Shown piece after piece: positions 1 through 13,214 of a stretch of 64,000 bases of DNA. The notes beneath the pieces were generated by a model. The model did not search any database, was not told the DNA's origin, and saw only the letters and a program-made list of their open reading frames with translations. The position numbers and the translations under genes were made by a program. Positions within the stretch are counted from its first letter, which is position 1. Each line of letters starts with the position of its first letter. Source of the stretch: Selaginella moellendorffii (Eukaryota > Plantae > Lycopodiophyta); the NCBI RefSeq assembly GCF_000143415.4, contig NW_003314292.1:188825-252824 (forward strand), written 5' to 3'.

Positions 1-151
1 CTATTAAAGACAATATTGTTCCAAATGCATTGAGTCGTCAGGTTCAGTTCCGGGCAATATCGGCAATCAATTCAGAATGGTTAAAGGACATTCGGGCTTC
101 GTATGGAAGTGATCAATTGGCGAAGGCAGTCTTACACCGTGCGGAGTTGTC

Positions 152-786
152 TATAGCGCACCCTATCTTTCTCCCTTTAAGCTAACTAGAAAAGGGGCAA
201 TTGCTTGATGAGAGAGCCCTTAGTAGCTATTTTATCCCCATTTATCCCCCAAGGTTCTAAAAATCCACGATGACAGTATATCCAAATCTCATCCTATGAT
301 CACATGTGCTACACTCACCCCCCCTTTAGAGATGTCAATGTTAGGGGAACCAACACCTTCATTTCCGCACTGAATCTACCAATCCTTCTATTATGTAGAG
401 TTATTCCATGTGAGGCAACTAGTCATCCAGCCATACCGCAGTCCCACAGTGGATACCTTCATCCGTGGATACTATACACAAGAGGAAGGACATACATATA
501 GATGCCCAATATTTACGATTTCAAATTTAAGGGTAAGAATATACTTTGCTCAAGGGTATATTATATTTTTAAGTAGCCACTAATCAATGGAAATCGAACC
601 CGTGCCATTTTCTCTGATACCACATGTAGCACACCCTATCTCTCTCCCCTTAAGCTAACTAAAAAAGGGGCAATTGCTTAATGAGAGAGCCTTTAGTGGC
701 TATTTTATCCCCATTTATCCCTCAAGGTTCCAAGGATCCACGGTGACAATATATCCAAATCTCATCCCATGATCACATGCGCTACA
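152..786 (-). mobile_element. TRIM (miniature non-autonomous LTR element), copy 1
   Basis: 162-bp direct repeats at 152-313 and 625-786; TSD TTGTC on both sides; minus-strand tRNA-iMet PBS TGGTATCAGAG at 612-622; PPT at 314-325. Confidence 0.9.
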
Positions 787-1085
787 TTGTCGAAGTAGAA
801 CCCTAGTAGCGAAGCAGTGGAAGTTGCTAGTCGAACCAATATGAAGCTTCACTACTCAGTTTGGGATGGGCTTATATTCTATAAGCAAGAAAGATTGTAT
901 CTTCCCTCTAAGAATCTGCAGTAGTTGTTTCTGCGGGAACATCATGATGTTCTGGCAGCAAGACATGGTGGAAAGTAGAAGGCTCTAGCTTCATTGAAAA
1001 AGGGGTTTTTCTAGTCTTGTATGGAAGGTGATATAGCGGACTATGTCCATTCCTACCCTATATGCCAACAATGTAAGTGCAAAAC

Positions 1086-1863
1086 TGTAGCGTACCCTAT
1101 CTCTTTCCTCTTAAGCCAACTGGAAAAGGGGCAATTGCTTGATGAGAGAGCCTTTAGTGGCTATTTTATCCCCATTTATCCCCTAAGGTTCCAAGGATCT
1201 ACGGTGATAGTTTATCCAAATCTCATCCCATGATCACATATGCTACATTCACCCTCCTTTAAAGATGTCAATGTCCTCATTGACTATTGACTAACAACTC
1301 CTACTGAGCCAAGAAGAACCAACACCTCCATTTCCACACTAAATCTACCAATCCTTCCATTGTGTAGATTAGCTATTTCATGTGAGGTAACTAGTCATCC
1401 ACCCCTACTAAGCCAAGAGGAACCATCACCTCCATTTCCACACTAAATCTACCAATCCTTCTATTGTGTAGATAAGTTATTCTATGTGAGGTAGCTAGTC
1501 ATCCACCCGTACCATAGTCCCACGGTGGATACCTTTGTCCATGGATACTCCACACAAGAGGAAGGACATACGCATGGATGCCTAATACATATGATTTCAA
1601 ATTTAGGGGTAGCAAAATACCTTGCTCAAGGGTATATTATATTTTTTAAGTAGTCACTAATCAATGGGAATCGAACCCGTGCCATTTTCTCTGATACCAA
1701 CTATAATGCACCCTATCTCTCTCCCCTTAAGCCAATTGGAAAAGGGGCAATTGCTTAATGAGAGAGCCCTTAATGGCTATTTTATCCCCATTTATCCCTT
1801 AAGGTTCCAAGGATCCACAATGACAGTATATCCAAATCTCATCCCATGATCATATATGCTACA
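1086..1863 (-). mobile_element. TRIM, copy 2 (same family, with internal ~100-bp tandem duplication)
   Basis: LTRs at 1086-1247 and 1702-1863; TSD AAAAC/AGAAC; PBS at 1689-1699. Confidence 0.88.
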
Positions 1864-1894
1864 AGAACTGAGAAGCAAGCTAGAAAGTTGCAGT

Positions 1895-4800
1895 TGTAGC
1901 GCACGTGGTTTTGACCTTTTATCCTATGGTGATTTACTATAGGATAACACCACGAAGCAGAACCTAAACCCTCTTTGTGCCACATGATAGATGCCACATG
2001 TCACATACCACGTGTCCAAAGAACGTGGTGTGGAACCCAAGGTTCAAGGCCTTGGGCCACTGAACGAAGGGACGGTGCCAAACTTACAAGCTTGGAGCCT
2101 AGGAGTGACAGAACCGAACCACAGAGCAACTCCCGAGCATACAGCCCAAGGAGCGAAGGGACAGGAGCTCAAAGTGACTTGGAACAGTCCTGGAGCAACT
2201 AGCATCCTAATGCCAGGACCAGCACGTAAAACGGAGCCAAACAGAGTTTGGTGCTATTTCAGCATACCGATGGCCTAACGTGAGGACATGGGTACTCCGC
2301 CAGCTAGCATGGAATGGAACTTGGGCTTAGACTCAAGCCAGACGCAGAACAAGGATAAGCACGCAAGCAGGAGTTAGACTATGCCTCAGGTTGGTCATGG
2401 TCAGCCATACCCGACCTACCCACTATCCCTACTATACATTTGGAACCGCACCACCCCCTCGCACCCCCCCCTTGAGGAACACACGCTTTGGGCTTTCACC
2501 CCAAGCCTCCCTTAGTANNNNNNNNNNNNNNNNNNNNNNNNNNNNNNNNNNNNNNNNNNNNNNNNNNNNNNNNNNNNNNNNNNNNNNNNNNNNNNNNNNN
2601 NNNNNNNNNNNNNNNNNACTAAATATGGAATGTCCCTAGATTGGGAATTTAGACACGGGATGAACACTATTGTGTTCAAGCTGATCTTGACATTCCGTAG
2701 ATATGCCAAATGAACAAATCTGGACACTTTCCATAAATAGCATTTGGGACCGAAATGAGACTAACACAAAGGGCATGATAGCGAGGGTGTTTGGCAGACA
2801 CGGTAAACCATCATGTAGCGATATTGAGGGACCAATCTCAATATGCGAGGGTTTTTGTCAAGCCAGTGCAAGACAGAGCAAAAGAGAAATAAAAAGCCAA
2901 GCCAAGTATGCTTGGCTAAATAAACATCTAGAAATTCTGTCCTTATGCTCATCTGGCCAAGTACAGGTGCAAAGTCCAGTTTACTAACACTTGAATAAGA
3001 GGGGCTGATAAAGGGTCCAGCAATACTGACCTCCTACCATCGTGGCAGTAAGGAAAGAGTGTCCGTAAGGACTGGTCGACAGGTAACTTTTGATTCCCAA
3101 AGTCACATTCGCAACACTCTCCCCCCCTAGGGAAGATTGATGTCCTCGTTGATGCATACTCAAGTCTAGAATACCGCCAAGGAAACAACTCCAAAAAAAG
3201 TTCACGATACTCACACTATGTGAGAAATGCACCAACTTAAATGAGTTAGGGGGCAACCTCTTTGTCTAACGCAGATGCGCTACCAGCTCAGACACCTTCC
3301 GGCCGTCGCCGACAAAGAAATGACCAACGGAGTCAGCCACCCTTGCTACTCTGGGTGTCACCCAACTACAAAAGTGTGATATGCCCCTGCCCGCAAGGAC
3401 ATAGAGAGAGAAGCCAGAGGCCCCAACCCTCATGAGCAAAGAAACCAAACCCGTCGGTAAGGTTTAGATAGACTACTGGAAATAGGCAGTTAGAGTTGTT
3501 TACATGGTCACGCCCTTTCAACGGATTAAGGAACATCGACAGAGAGGCAGGTGATGTGACCAGTCAACAGTAGCTACCCCATGACTAGAGATTTCAACAT
3601 GCATACGAAATGCCGAAGTTAATCTGCCTATACTGGCCCAAACTCAAAGATCAATAGAGGGACAATATCAAAGTCATAGACAATGATATCTTAGAGATTT
3701 AATTATTAGTGAATAAAGCTTAGATTAGAACATAAAAGTATTCCAAGTAAGTTATCATCCGATAAACCAGTATTATAGTTTAGGAAACACCAAGATCACA
3801 ATCATTGGAAAACATAAGATTCACTATCTAACAAAATTCAATAGCAAGTATATCATCAAGTACACTCAATGAGAAAACTTAACTACCGAAGATTGTAGAT
3901 AGTATGCTAAACAATTTACCAAAGATAACTCAAAGAACACAAAGTATCCTTAACCGACAAGTATCCTTAACCGACTCAATGAAATCCAACACTACGGACT
4001 AAATGTAACTAAATGATATCGACAAAGGTAGAGTCAATATGCCAACATGAAAAACCCATGTAAGTTTAATGACACGATCCTCCGCAACATCATTCGGTCA
4101 AACAAGCCCATCACTGCGAAATTATCATCGAGCAAAGCAAGTGTCAATAGTCCTCGACTAAATCTACAAGTAATCACTAGTCGCAAAACAACTAACAATC
4201 ACCCCTCAACTTGCCTTCATAAGACCCAAACTCCAACTCTTGTTATCAAGTTATATACTTGTCCAACATGAACGTGATACCCTAGATACGAGATAAAAGT
4301 TCATAGACAAGCACAAACTAAATGACCACTTGAATCCAACTCAACCACAATAAGCTCACTAATGCATTTAGCCAATAGCTCTGAGCATGCCTTGAAAAGG
4401 CTAGCTATGCGTAATTAATATTTAGTCGAAACTAAAGTGAAGACCATGAGATGGACTCATATCGGTACACAACCTCCTTATAGACAAAGCTATAGTACGG
4501 GTACCAACATCTTAATCTCAAACAACTAAGTTGGACATCACCATCCTCAGCCAAGGCACAGTGCTACCAAGACTAAGTCAAGATTAGTGAGAGCTCACTA
4601 CTCTTATAGAGTATAACGAAATGCAAGGTGCAAACTGCTACCAAGCACAACGCTATAAAAGAAAGGCACAAGAGTCACCCTTCTTAAAAAAGTGCAATAA
4701 CCACTTTTCTATACCAACTCCAAACTCTATCCAACTCAATTGCCTTAGCCCCAAAAGTCAGCATCCCTTTTAGGTTGCATCATATAAACTACATACTAAG

Positions 4801-7800
4801 GTCTAAACTAACCGAAGTCAACTTCAACCCTTTCACTAGTTTGTACTGGCTTACAAAAACGGAATGGTTTTCGAGCAAAGTGACCAACAGATCAGCCATT
4901 GGAAAAGCCTAAGAAAATTTGTGGAAAATTTTCCATCCTAAAGAAAGAATGACTCTCAGTCCAGGAATGTAAACTTTCAAGACTCAACCAACTTCTTCCT
5001 ACTAACAACTTCACAAAGATTCACCTCAACACCAATTCTCATGACCCATAGTATGCTTAAGCCTTGAACATCTTTGCCCATCTAACCGATATCCAACACC
5101 AACATCCGCAAAGTGCAAAATATACATCTAAGGCTTAATCACGAAGACTACATCTTCGGATATTCAAATTGCACTAACACTCTTCTTCAACCACTTTCAA
5201 GATCCAATATGAAGCTTAATACACTAACAAAAAAAATGACATGGAAAATCAAGGTCTACGGAAAATTCCTCATTACTCGAAATAACAATGCCACTTCCAC
5301 TAACACTAGTGTTTAAGAATGTCAATGCCTCAACTACACACCGTCTCCATCCAACAATCTACTCCAAGTGCTAACGGATCAATTAATGAGCTATAGCAAA
5401 TGAATGTTACAACCCTTTTCCAACACCTTATGGACAAACCCTCAAGAACAAGGAACTAACTTAAGCTTAGCATAATGGACCACCATCGAGAATTCAGTCA
5501 AAACTACTAAAATGCTACTATATGCAAGTAGACTAGCTTCACTATCAACTACTTTGGGGTTGATCATCATTTGACCAAGCAACTTTGTAAACACATTGCT
5601 CACTATCACATGGATATGATATAAGTATCACAATGACTTGATCATCAATTGAGCAACACCATGAGTATTGCCCATGTCACTACTACAAAGGTTTATATGA
5701 CTATCAAGTGCTAACTCAATTGGACAAAATGCAACATAAATGCCACACTCTACCAATAGAGATTTACAACACCCAACACCACTAACTTTTGTTCACAACA
5801 TGGACAAGCTCATGCCACTCTTTTTTTGACCAAACTCAAAACTAATCTAACACCAAGCTACTCAAGGAGCAATAGCAAGGTTCCTTAGAAAAGAATTGAG
5901 CATTGTAACCTAAGTCTTCCAATAGCAAGCCTAGACAAAATGGTATAGCACTTCACCACTATCCATCCCACAACTCACCATTTGTAAGACCATCATTTCC
6001 AACATACATCAAGGTAGGGACTCTTGATTGCATAATGTGAATATGAGCAATGAGTCATACCTCGTTGCAAATCATCTCTCCAAGAAGAGAAAATGATTTA
6101 CGTGTTTGATCCTTCGTCCTCGATGACTCTCTTTTTGGCCTCATCTTTGACTAAACCTCAAGCTTGCTTTCGCACTACCTTCAGTCCAATCAAGAAAAGT
6201 TTATAAGAGAGCACGGCAATGACTACTTGAATCAATAGACTAATCCCTATAGTCTTGATTGATCCACTCATAATCATGCCTAGGAAGGATCCACTAGTGC
6301 CGTGCTAAACAGCTACGAGTTAGCTTATTTGCCACTCATAGCAAACCCAGGGAGGTTTGCTTTCACCCATGGTACATGGAACAACTTATGGAACCACTGG
6401 AACCATCGATAAGTTTACATTAATCCTGCCAACTCAAAGTATAACTTTGAGTTGCTAATATGCCTCACTCATGAACCCAAGCGAAAACTCGTGCAAACGG
6501 TACACCTCAAATCCATACCCAAGGAACGAATGCGAAGTCTTAGCACCCAAATGTGTATCCACTCGGATCCTCATTTTCATCTCTGCGTATACAACGAGAC
6601 TAGTTGCCCAATCTCATTGAATAGTACTCACTGAGACTCTTGCTCTGATACCAAATATAGCGCACGTGGTTTTGACCCTTTATCCTATGTTGATTTACCA
6701 TAGGATAACACCACAGAGCAAAACCTAAACCCTCTGTGCCACATGACACATGCCACCTGTCACATGCCATGTGTTCAAAGGAACGTGGTGTGAAACCCAA
6801 GGTTCAGAGCCTTGGGCCATTGAACGAAGGGACAGTGCCAAACTCTCAAGCTTGGAGCCTAGGAGTGACGAAACCGAACCACAGAGCAACTCTTGAGCAT
6901 ACAGCCCAAGGAGTGAAGGGACAGGAGCCTGGAGCGACTTGGAACAGTCCTGGAGCAACCAACATCCTAATGCCAGGACCAGCATGCAAAACGAAGCTAA
7001 ATGGAGTTTGGCGCTATTTCAGCATACCGGGGGCCTAACGTGAGGACATGGGTACTCCGCCAGCTAGCATGGAATGGAACTTGGGCTTAGACCCAAGCCG
7101 GACGCAGAACAAGGACAGGCACGCAAGTGGGAGCTAGACTATGCCTCAGGTTGGTCAGCCATGCCCAACCTATCCACTATCCCTACTATACATTTGGAAC
7201 CCACCCACCCCCCCCCCCCCCACCCCCTCCTTGAGGAACACACGCTTTGGGCTTTCACCCCAAGCCTCCCTTAGTATCAGGAGTTTGTCTTTGGGACAAG
7301 CTCGAAACTGACTAAATATGGAATGTCCCTAGATTGTGAATTTGGACACGGGACGAATACCATTGTGTTCAGGCTGATCTCTACATTCCGTAGATATGCC
7401 AAATGAACAAATCTGGACACTTTCCATAAATAGCATTTGGGACTGAAATGAGACTAATACAAAGGGCATGATAGTGAGGGTGTTTGGCAGACACGGTAAA
7501 CTATCATGTAGCGATATTGAGGGACCAATCTCAATACGCGAGGGTTTTTGTCAAGCCAGTGCAAGACAGAGCAAAAGAGAACTAAAAAGCCAGGCTAAGT
7601 ATGCTTGGCTAAATAGACACTTAGGAATTTCGTCCTTATGCTCATCCGGCCAAGTACAGGTGCAAAGTCCAGTTTACTAACACTTGAACAAGAGGGGCTG
7701 ATAAAGGGTCCAGCAATACCGACCTCCTGCCATCATGGCAGTAAGGAAAGAGTGTCCGTAAGGACTGGTCGATAGGTAATTTTCAATACCCAAAGTCACA

Positions 7801-7809
7801 TTCGTGACA
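1895..7809 (-). mobile_element. Non-autonomous LTR retroelement (LARD-like) with ~1.15-kb LTRs and a decayed internal region
   Basis: LTRs at 1895-3116 and 6656-7809; TSD GCAGT on both sides; iMet PBS at 6643-6653 and PPT at 3117-3130, both on the minus strand; no long internal ORF. Confidence 0.88.
2518..2617. other. Assembly gap (100 N)
   Basis: N run. The twin LTR has only 34 bp (7277-7310) at the equivalent position. Confidence 0.95.
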
Positions 7810-8320
7810 GCAGTGCATTCCAGCACCGGCATGGCCATTTCAGAGTGTGACACTTGATTTCGTCACTTGCTTGCCGAAATCTAAGGGTTATGATACTTTG
7901 ATGGTGGTTGTGGATTGGTTGTTGAAGATTGCACACTTCATTCCAACTGTGGGAACAATGAATGCAAAACAAGCAGCAAAGCTCTTTCTCCATGAAGTAG
8001 TGTAGGTTTGCTAGAATAATGTGCCCCAAAACTTCCCCATAAACCTTGAATCTCTATCCGAGATCATTTCTTCGGGAAGACCACTGTTTGGTACCAAGTT
8101 GAAGTTTAGTACGGCTTATCATCCTCAAACTGATGGGCAGACCAAACGCGTGAATGCTCAAGTTGAGGATTATCTATGGTAGTATGTCGCGGTGGACCAA
8201 TGCGATTGGGTTGAGCATTTAGATACAGTAGAAATATGTTATAACAACACATTTCACAGCACTATTGGCTATTCTCCATAGAAGATGTTGCAAGGAAATG
8301 CTCATCCAAAACTGAAATAA

Positions 8321-8893
8321 ATGTCTGAAGTGTTGGTCCTGGCCATTGAGACTTATGTAGAGCGGCTACGCCAAGGTTGGTCTAGAGCTACTGAGGCGAT
8401 GGGCAAAGCTCAGGATAGGTATCGATGTGATAAGGATCAACATCGTCGGGATGTATCCTATCAAGTGGGAGATCATGTGTGGCTATCTTCCCGGAACTTG
8501 AACATTAAGGGATCTCTATCTCAGAAGATGTTACCGAGATATGTTGGACTCTATTGGGTATTGAAGCGGGTTGGTGATGTATCCTATAAGTTGGATCTTC
8601 CGAATGAGTTATCCCATCTACATGATGTGTTTCATGTCAGTTTACTTGCACCATATCATGCTGCTATGGAATGCTCTATGGACATTCGTCCCCCACTAGT
8701 GATCGTTGATAGTGAACTTGAGTATGAAGCTGAGTCTATATTGGATTCTTGGTTTTGGAGACGAGCTCATGTGAAGGAATATCTCGTTAAGTGGAAAGGT
8801 TACTTGACTTGTGAATCAACTTGGGAACCTCTTAGGAATCTTGTACATGCTCATGAGCTTGTTACGCAGTATGACAATCGTAATAAAGACTAG
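8321..8893 (+). pseudogene. Integrase C-terminal (GPF/Y-like) region plus chromodomain of the host gypsy pol
   Basis: KMLPRYVG..V..RVGDVSYKLDLP..HDVFHVSLL; EYEAESILDS..YLVKWKGY..STWEP. Upstream pol is broken by stops. Confidence 0.85.
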
Positions 8894-10540
8894 CTTTTCT
8901 AAACGTTGTAATAAATCTTGCAAATCAATAAAGTAATATATTTCTATAATTGAAGTTTCATCTCTCTCGTTTGTTAGTACTTGGGTCAGTTTTGGAAAGT
9001 TGACTTTGGCACTTTGGTGCATAGGTCCAATCCATAACCATGGGGATAACTATTGTAGACTGATCACAAGTCTCCACCTCTCTCTTGATGACTCATTCTT
9101 GAAAAAGGGGTGTGGTCGTGTAAATAACTTCCTCTGCTAGTTTCTAATAGTTGTCTAAATCTTCCTGATGGGGTTGATTTCTTGCTTAGGGGAAGTTGGG
9201 CCTCTGGCCTTTTCCCTATGTCCCTACAGGCATGGATGTATCATTCCTTTGTAAGCCGAGTGGTACTCGAAGCAACAAGGGTGGCTAACTCCATTAGTCA
9301 TTTCCTTGTCGGCAATAGTCGAAGGGTGTCTGAGTCTTAATGTCTTTGGACATAGAGGAGAGGTCATTCCCTAACTCATTTAAGTCAGTGTGTTTCCTAT
9401 ATAGTGTGCTTTTCGTTAACTTTTGGAGTTGTTTCCTGGACAGTTTGCTAGACTCGGGTATGCATTGATAAGGACGTCGATCTTCCTCAAAGGGGGGAGA
9501 GTGTCGCGAATGTGACTTCGGGTATCAAAAGATACTTGTCAGCCAGTCCTTACGAACACTCTTTTCTTATTGCCATGATGGGAGGAGGTCAGTACTGCTA
9601 GTTCCCTTCAAAAGCCCCTCTGGGCCTAGCATCTATACTTAGCCAAATGAACATAAGGTAGGAACTCCTATGTGTTTCTAGCTGAGCATTCTTGACCTGG
9701 CTCTTAGTTCTTTTTTGCTCTGTCTTGCATTAGCTATAAGCCACAAATTTTTCCTTTCTAATTTGCTAGCTTACCTCGTCTATCCGACCAACACTGCCTT
9801 GGCTTGTGCTAAGTTCCCTCACTAAGGTTCTCGCCTATTGTACCAGCTCCTACTTGGTCCTACTTGGTTTCAGCTATTCACTGCATGAGCAATGGAGCGT
9901 TAGCCTTCCATCCACGGATTCCCAAATCTCTCCCAATCCCCCTCCCCGGGTTAGACTGGACTTAAGGTTCGGCTACACTCCCCACAGGCACAAGCAGCCA
10001 AGCACACCAAGCCTCTAGGTTCCTAACACCCCTTGGTACAACAAGACTTGATCATGGGACCCTCTAAATTCCAAACCTTGGGTGCAACACTTGCTTCGGG
10101 ACATCGGGGCAAAACACCGTGGCCTAACGGCCTAGTATGGGTACCTCTACCCCCCCACTTCCATCCCGAAGGGAAGGCCCAAGCCCCTAGGAAGGGCGAG
10201 GACCAATGAGCCATAAGGTACTCAACTGGGGCACCACTCCACATGAGTCGAGAGCACCCCAGTCAGTTTCCTTTTCGGGAGTGAGAGTTGCTCTTGAGCA
10301 CTTCCCTGGGTGGCCCCTCTGGCACCACCCAAGCCCATGCTCACTCCCACCCAAGGCCCCTCGGCCCCAGTCTCAACCTCAAATTAGTTTGGAAGCACCA
10401 CTGGAGAGTTCCGTCAAGACTGGTTCCTGAACCTCACTATCCCTACTATACTTTTGGAACCCCCTACAGCCCCCCGCCGCCCCCCCACCCCCCTGGGAGA
10501 CACATCCTTTGGGCTTTCACCCCTTGACCCATATTAGTAT

Positions 10541-10800
10541 TTGGACTTAGTCTCAGATTCGATCTCGGACTCGATCTCGAACCCGACTTTGGATTCGGTC
10601 TCGGACTTGATCTCGGACTCGACTTTGGGCTCGACCTCGGACTCGGTCTCGGACCCGATTTGGATCTCGGACTCTATCTCGAACTCGGTCTCAAACTCGG
10701 TCTCGATCTCGGTCTCCGATTCGGCCTCGGCTCGATCCCGGACTCTATCTCAAACTCGGTCTTAGAGTCGGTCTTGGACTCGATCTTCGACTCGGTCCCA
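10541..10800. repeat. Degenerate hexamer/dodecamer array (CTCGGA, GATCTCGGACTC) in LTR; twin array at ~16213-16492
   Basis: Direct reading. Confidence 0.85.
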
Positions 10801-11933
10801 TCCGATAAACTCTTTGTCATTTCGGTCAAGATTTTGGGGATCCTTTAGCCTACGACATCTCAGGGAGTCGGTTCCTTATAACTCCACCACCCATAGAAGA
10901 AGTTCGATGCCCACATCGAACGTCTCTTTTTATCCTACAACTTGTTGACCATGTCTCTGGGGGCATCCCCCCACTTAGCGGTGTGCCTAAATTAGCCTCC
11001 CCGGCCAAGAGCCCATGACAATGGAATATAGATGTCCCTATACCCCTCACCTCACCATGCCCTAGTATTGGGTCGGGACTTGAACCCAGCCTTGCTTTAC
11101 TAGGGGGCTGGGACTCGAACCCAACCTCCGTAGAATACGTCTACGGATTTGACATCCTCATAGGGAGTCGGGCAAAGTGCCCTATGCCTGGTCAACCTAG
11201 CAAACCCATGCTAATTAGCTTACCTTCAACGCACCTTCGGGTCCCAACATATGCCACTTGCTCAACTTTGCAAATTGATATTTTTAATTGAACTTTGCAT
11301 AAGTACATATAGTTCTGCCTTGCAGAAATTCCTCCACTAGATCTCGCGTGTTCGCTAGGTTCTCCTCCGGTTCCCATGTTGCTTCGTAGTGTGGAAATCA
11401 TTTCCACTTCACATGGAACTCTCTCACCTCGCATCCTTGTTGCTTGCTCTTGTGCGCATTGAGGATGGCCTCGACTTCGTATTCCTCTTCCCCTTGGATA
11501 ACCTCAGGTAAAGGTCTTACTTGGTCCTTGCGAAGCAAATCCTCAAAGTACGGCTTGAGTAAGTTCACATGGAACATTGGGTGCATCTTCCCCATCTCTC
11601 GAGGAAGTTGGAGTCGGTAAGCCACTTTACCGATTCGTGCCTCAATCTCATAAGGCCCCGCGAACCTACTTAAGGAACTCAAGATCAATTCATTTATAGG
11701 AATACATGCATTTTTACCTTTGGGTCAACTTCCGGCTGATCCCACTTGGTAGCCTGAGGTTCTTGGTGTTCAGCCACACCTTCTCCCCAGCTTGGAACTC
11801 TACATCCCGGCACTTTTAGTTCGCGTACTTGGTTTGCCTTTGTTGAGTCTGTTCCAAGGAATCCCTCACTAGATTCCAAATGTTGAGTCTTTCCATCGTG
11901 AATGCCTCCACTGCAGGTAGCTCTCCATAATAC

Positions 11934-13214
11934 TATAAGCGACTAATTTTTCCATTCTACTTTAGTCACTTAACCACACCTTCGACCACTTGGAGGAGTC
12001 TCACTCACAACCTCCTTAAGTCCAATTCAGGGCTTGGGACTTACTAGCCCCGAGAATGGCATCCATGCCACTCATCCCTTGCGCTTAGTCCAAGTGCTCC
12101 ACGTGTCCGGTCCCAAGACCGACACCCCAAGGTACCATTGAATCACCAACACTACCACTGAATCGAGGCCCACCGGCCTGACCACTAAGTCCCATGGTCC
12201 TCTGGGACTTCCTCACCACACGACTGTGTCCTTGGTCACTACCCTAGAGGACTGCTCCTCTTCCTTTCCACAGTCTGGGCCTTTGGGACAACATTTCGGA
12301 ACACCGTGGCCTTACACGAGCCACCTGGGTACTCTCCCCACCTTTCGCCTTTAGGTGCTCTAGCCATGGGCTTAGAGCGAGGTTCCGTTGAGCCACGCCT
12401 GGTATCCAAGTAGGTAGTGCCACCCACACTTGGACTGGGAGCATCGGCCAGTCGATCTCCCTGGGGAACTAGAGCCGGCTCTTGAACACTTCACCAAGCT
12501 TACCCCGCTTGTCGGTCCGTATTCACTCTAGTCTTGGACTTCCTAGTAGTCAGTTTATCACCCAACACTGGGTCTGGCCTTTCTGGGCCAAACTGGCCTT
12601 TCCTGGCCAAACTGGCTCCACTACAGTCCTCCCCCTTACTATACTTTTGGAGCTCACCAAACCCCCCAGGGTCTGGGAGACGAACGCTTTGGGCTTTCAC
12701 CCTCTCAGGCTCGAACTCGGACTCGGACTCGGACTCGGACTCGGACTCGGACTCGGGCTCGGGCTCGGTCTCAGCCTTGGCCTCGGTCTTGGTCTCGTCC
12801 CGGTCCCGGTCTCGGTCTCGACCTCAGACTCCATCTCGGGTCCTTCTCGGACTCCATCTCGGACTTCATCTCGGACTCCATCTCGGACTCCGTCTCGGTC
12901 CATCTCGGACTCCATCTTGGGTCCATCTCGGACTCCGTCTCGGTCCACCTCGGACTCCATCTCGGACACCATCTCAGACTCCATCTCGGGTCCATCTCGG
13001 ACTCCATCTTGGTCCACCTCGGACTCCACTTCGGGTCCATCTCGGACTCCATATCGGACTCCATCTCGGACTCCACTTCGGGTCCATCTCAAACTCCATA
13101 TCGGACTCCATCTCGGACTCCACTTCGGACTCCATATCAGACTCCACTTCGGGTCCATCTCGGACTCCAACTAGGGTCCGCCTCGGACTCCATCTAGGAC
13201 ACTTCCACGTGTCA
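11934..13214. mobile_element. Truncated LTR (same family as 21635 and 54243) nested in integrase
   Basis: Start TATAAGCGACTAA matches TGTAAGCAACTAA at 54243; lacks the last ~200 bp and the right TSD. Confidence 0.75.
12708..13195. repeat. CTCGGA / GACTCCATCTCG tandem array in LTR; related arrays at ~22612-22945 and ~55228-55675
   Basis: Direct reading. Confidence 0.9.

Noticed and set aside
7240-7290. Hammerhead ribozyme (retrozyme) in LTRs
   Set aside because: GAAA is present, but the upstream core reads CTGATAC rather than CTGANGA.
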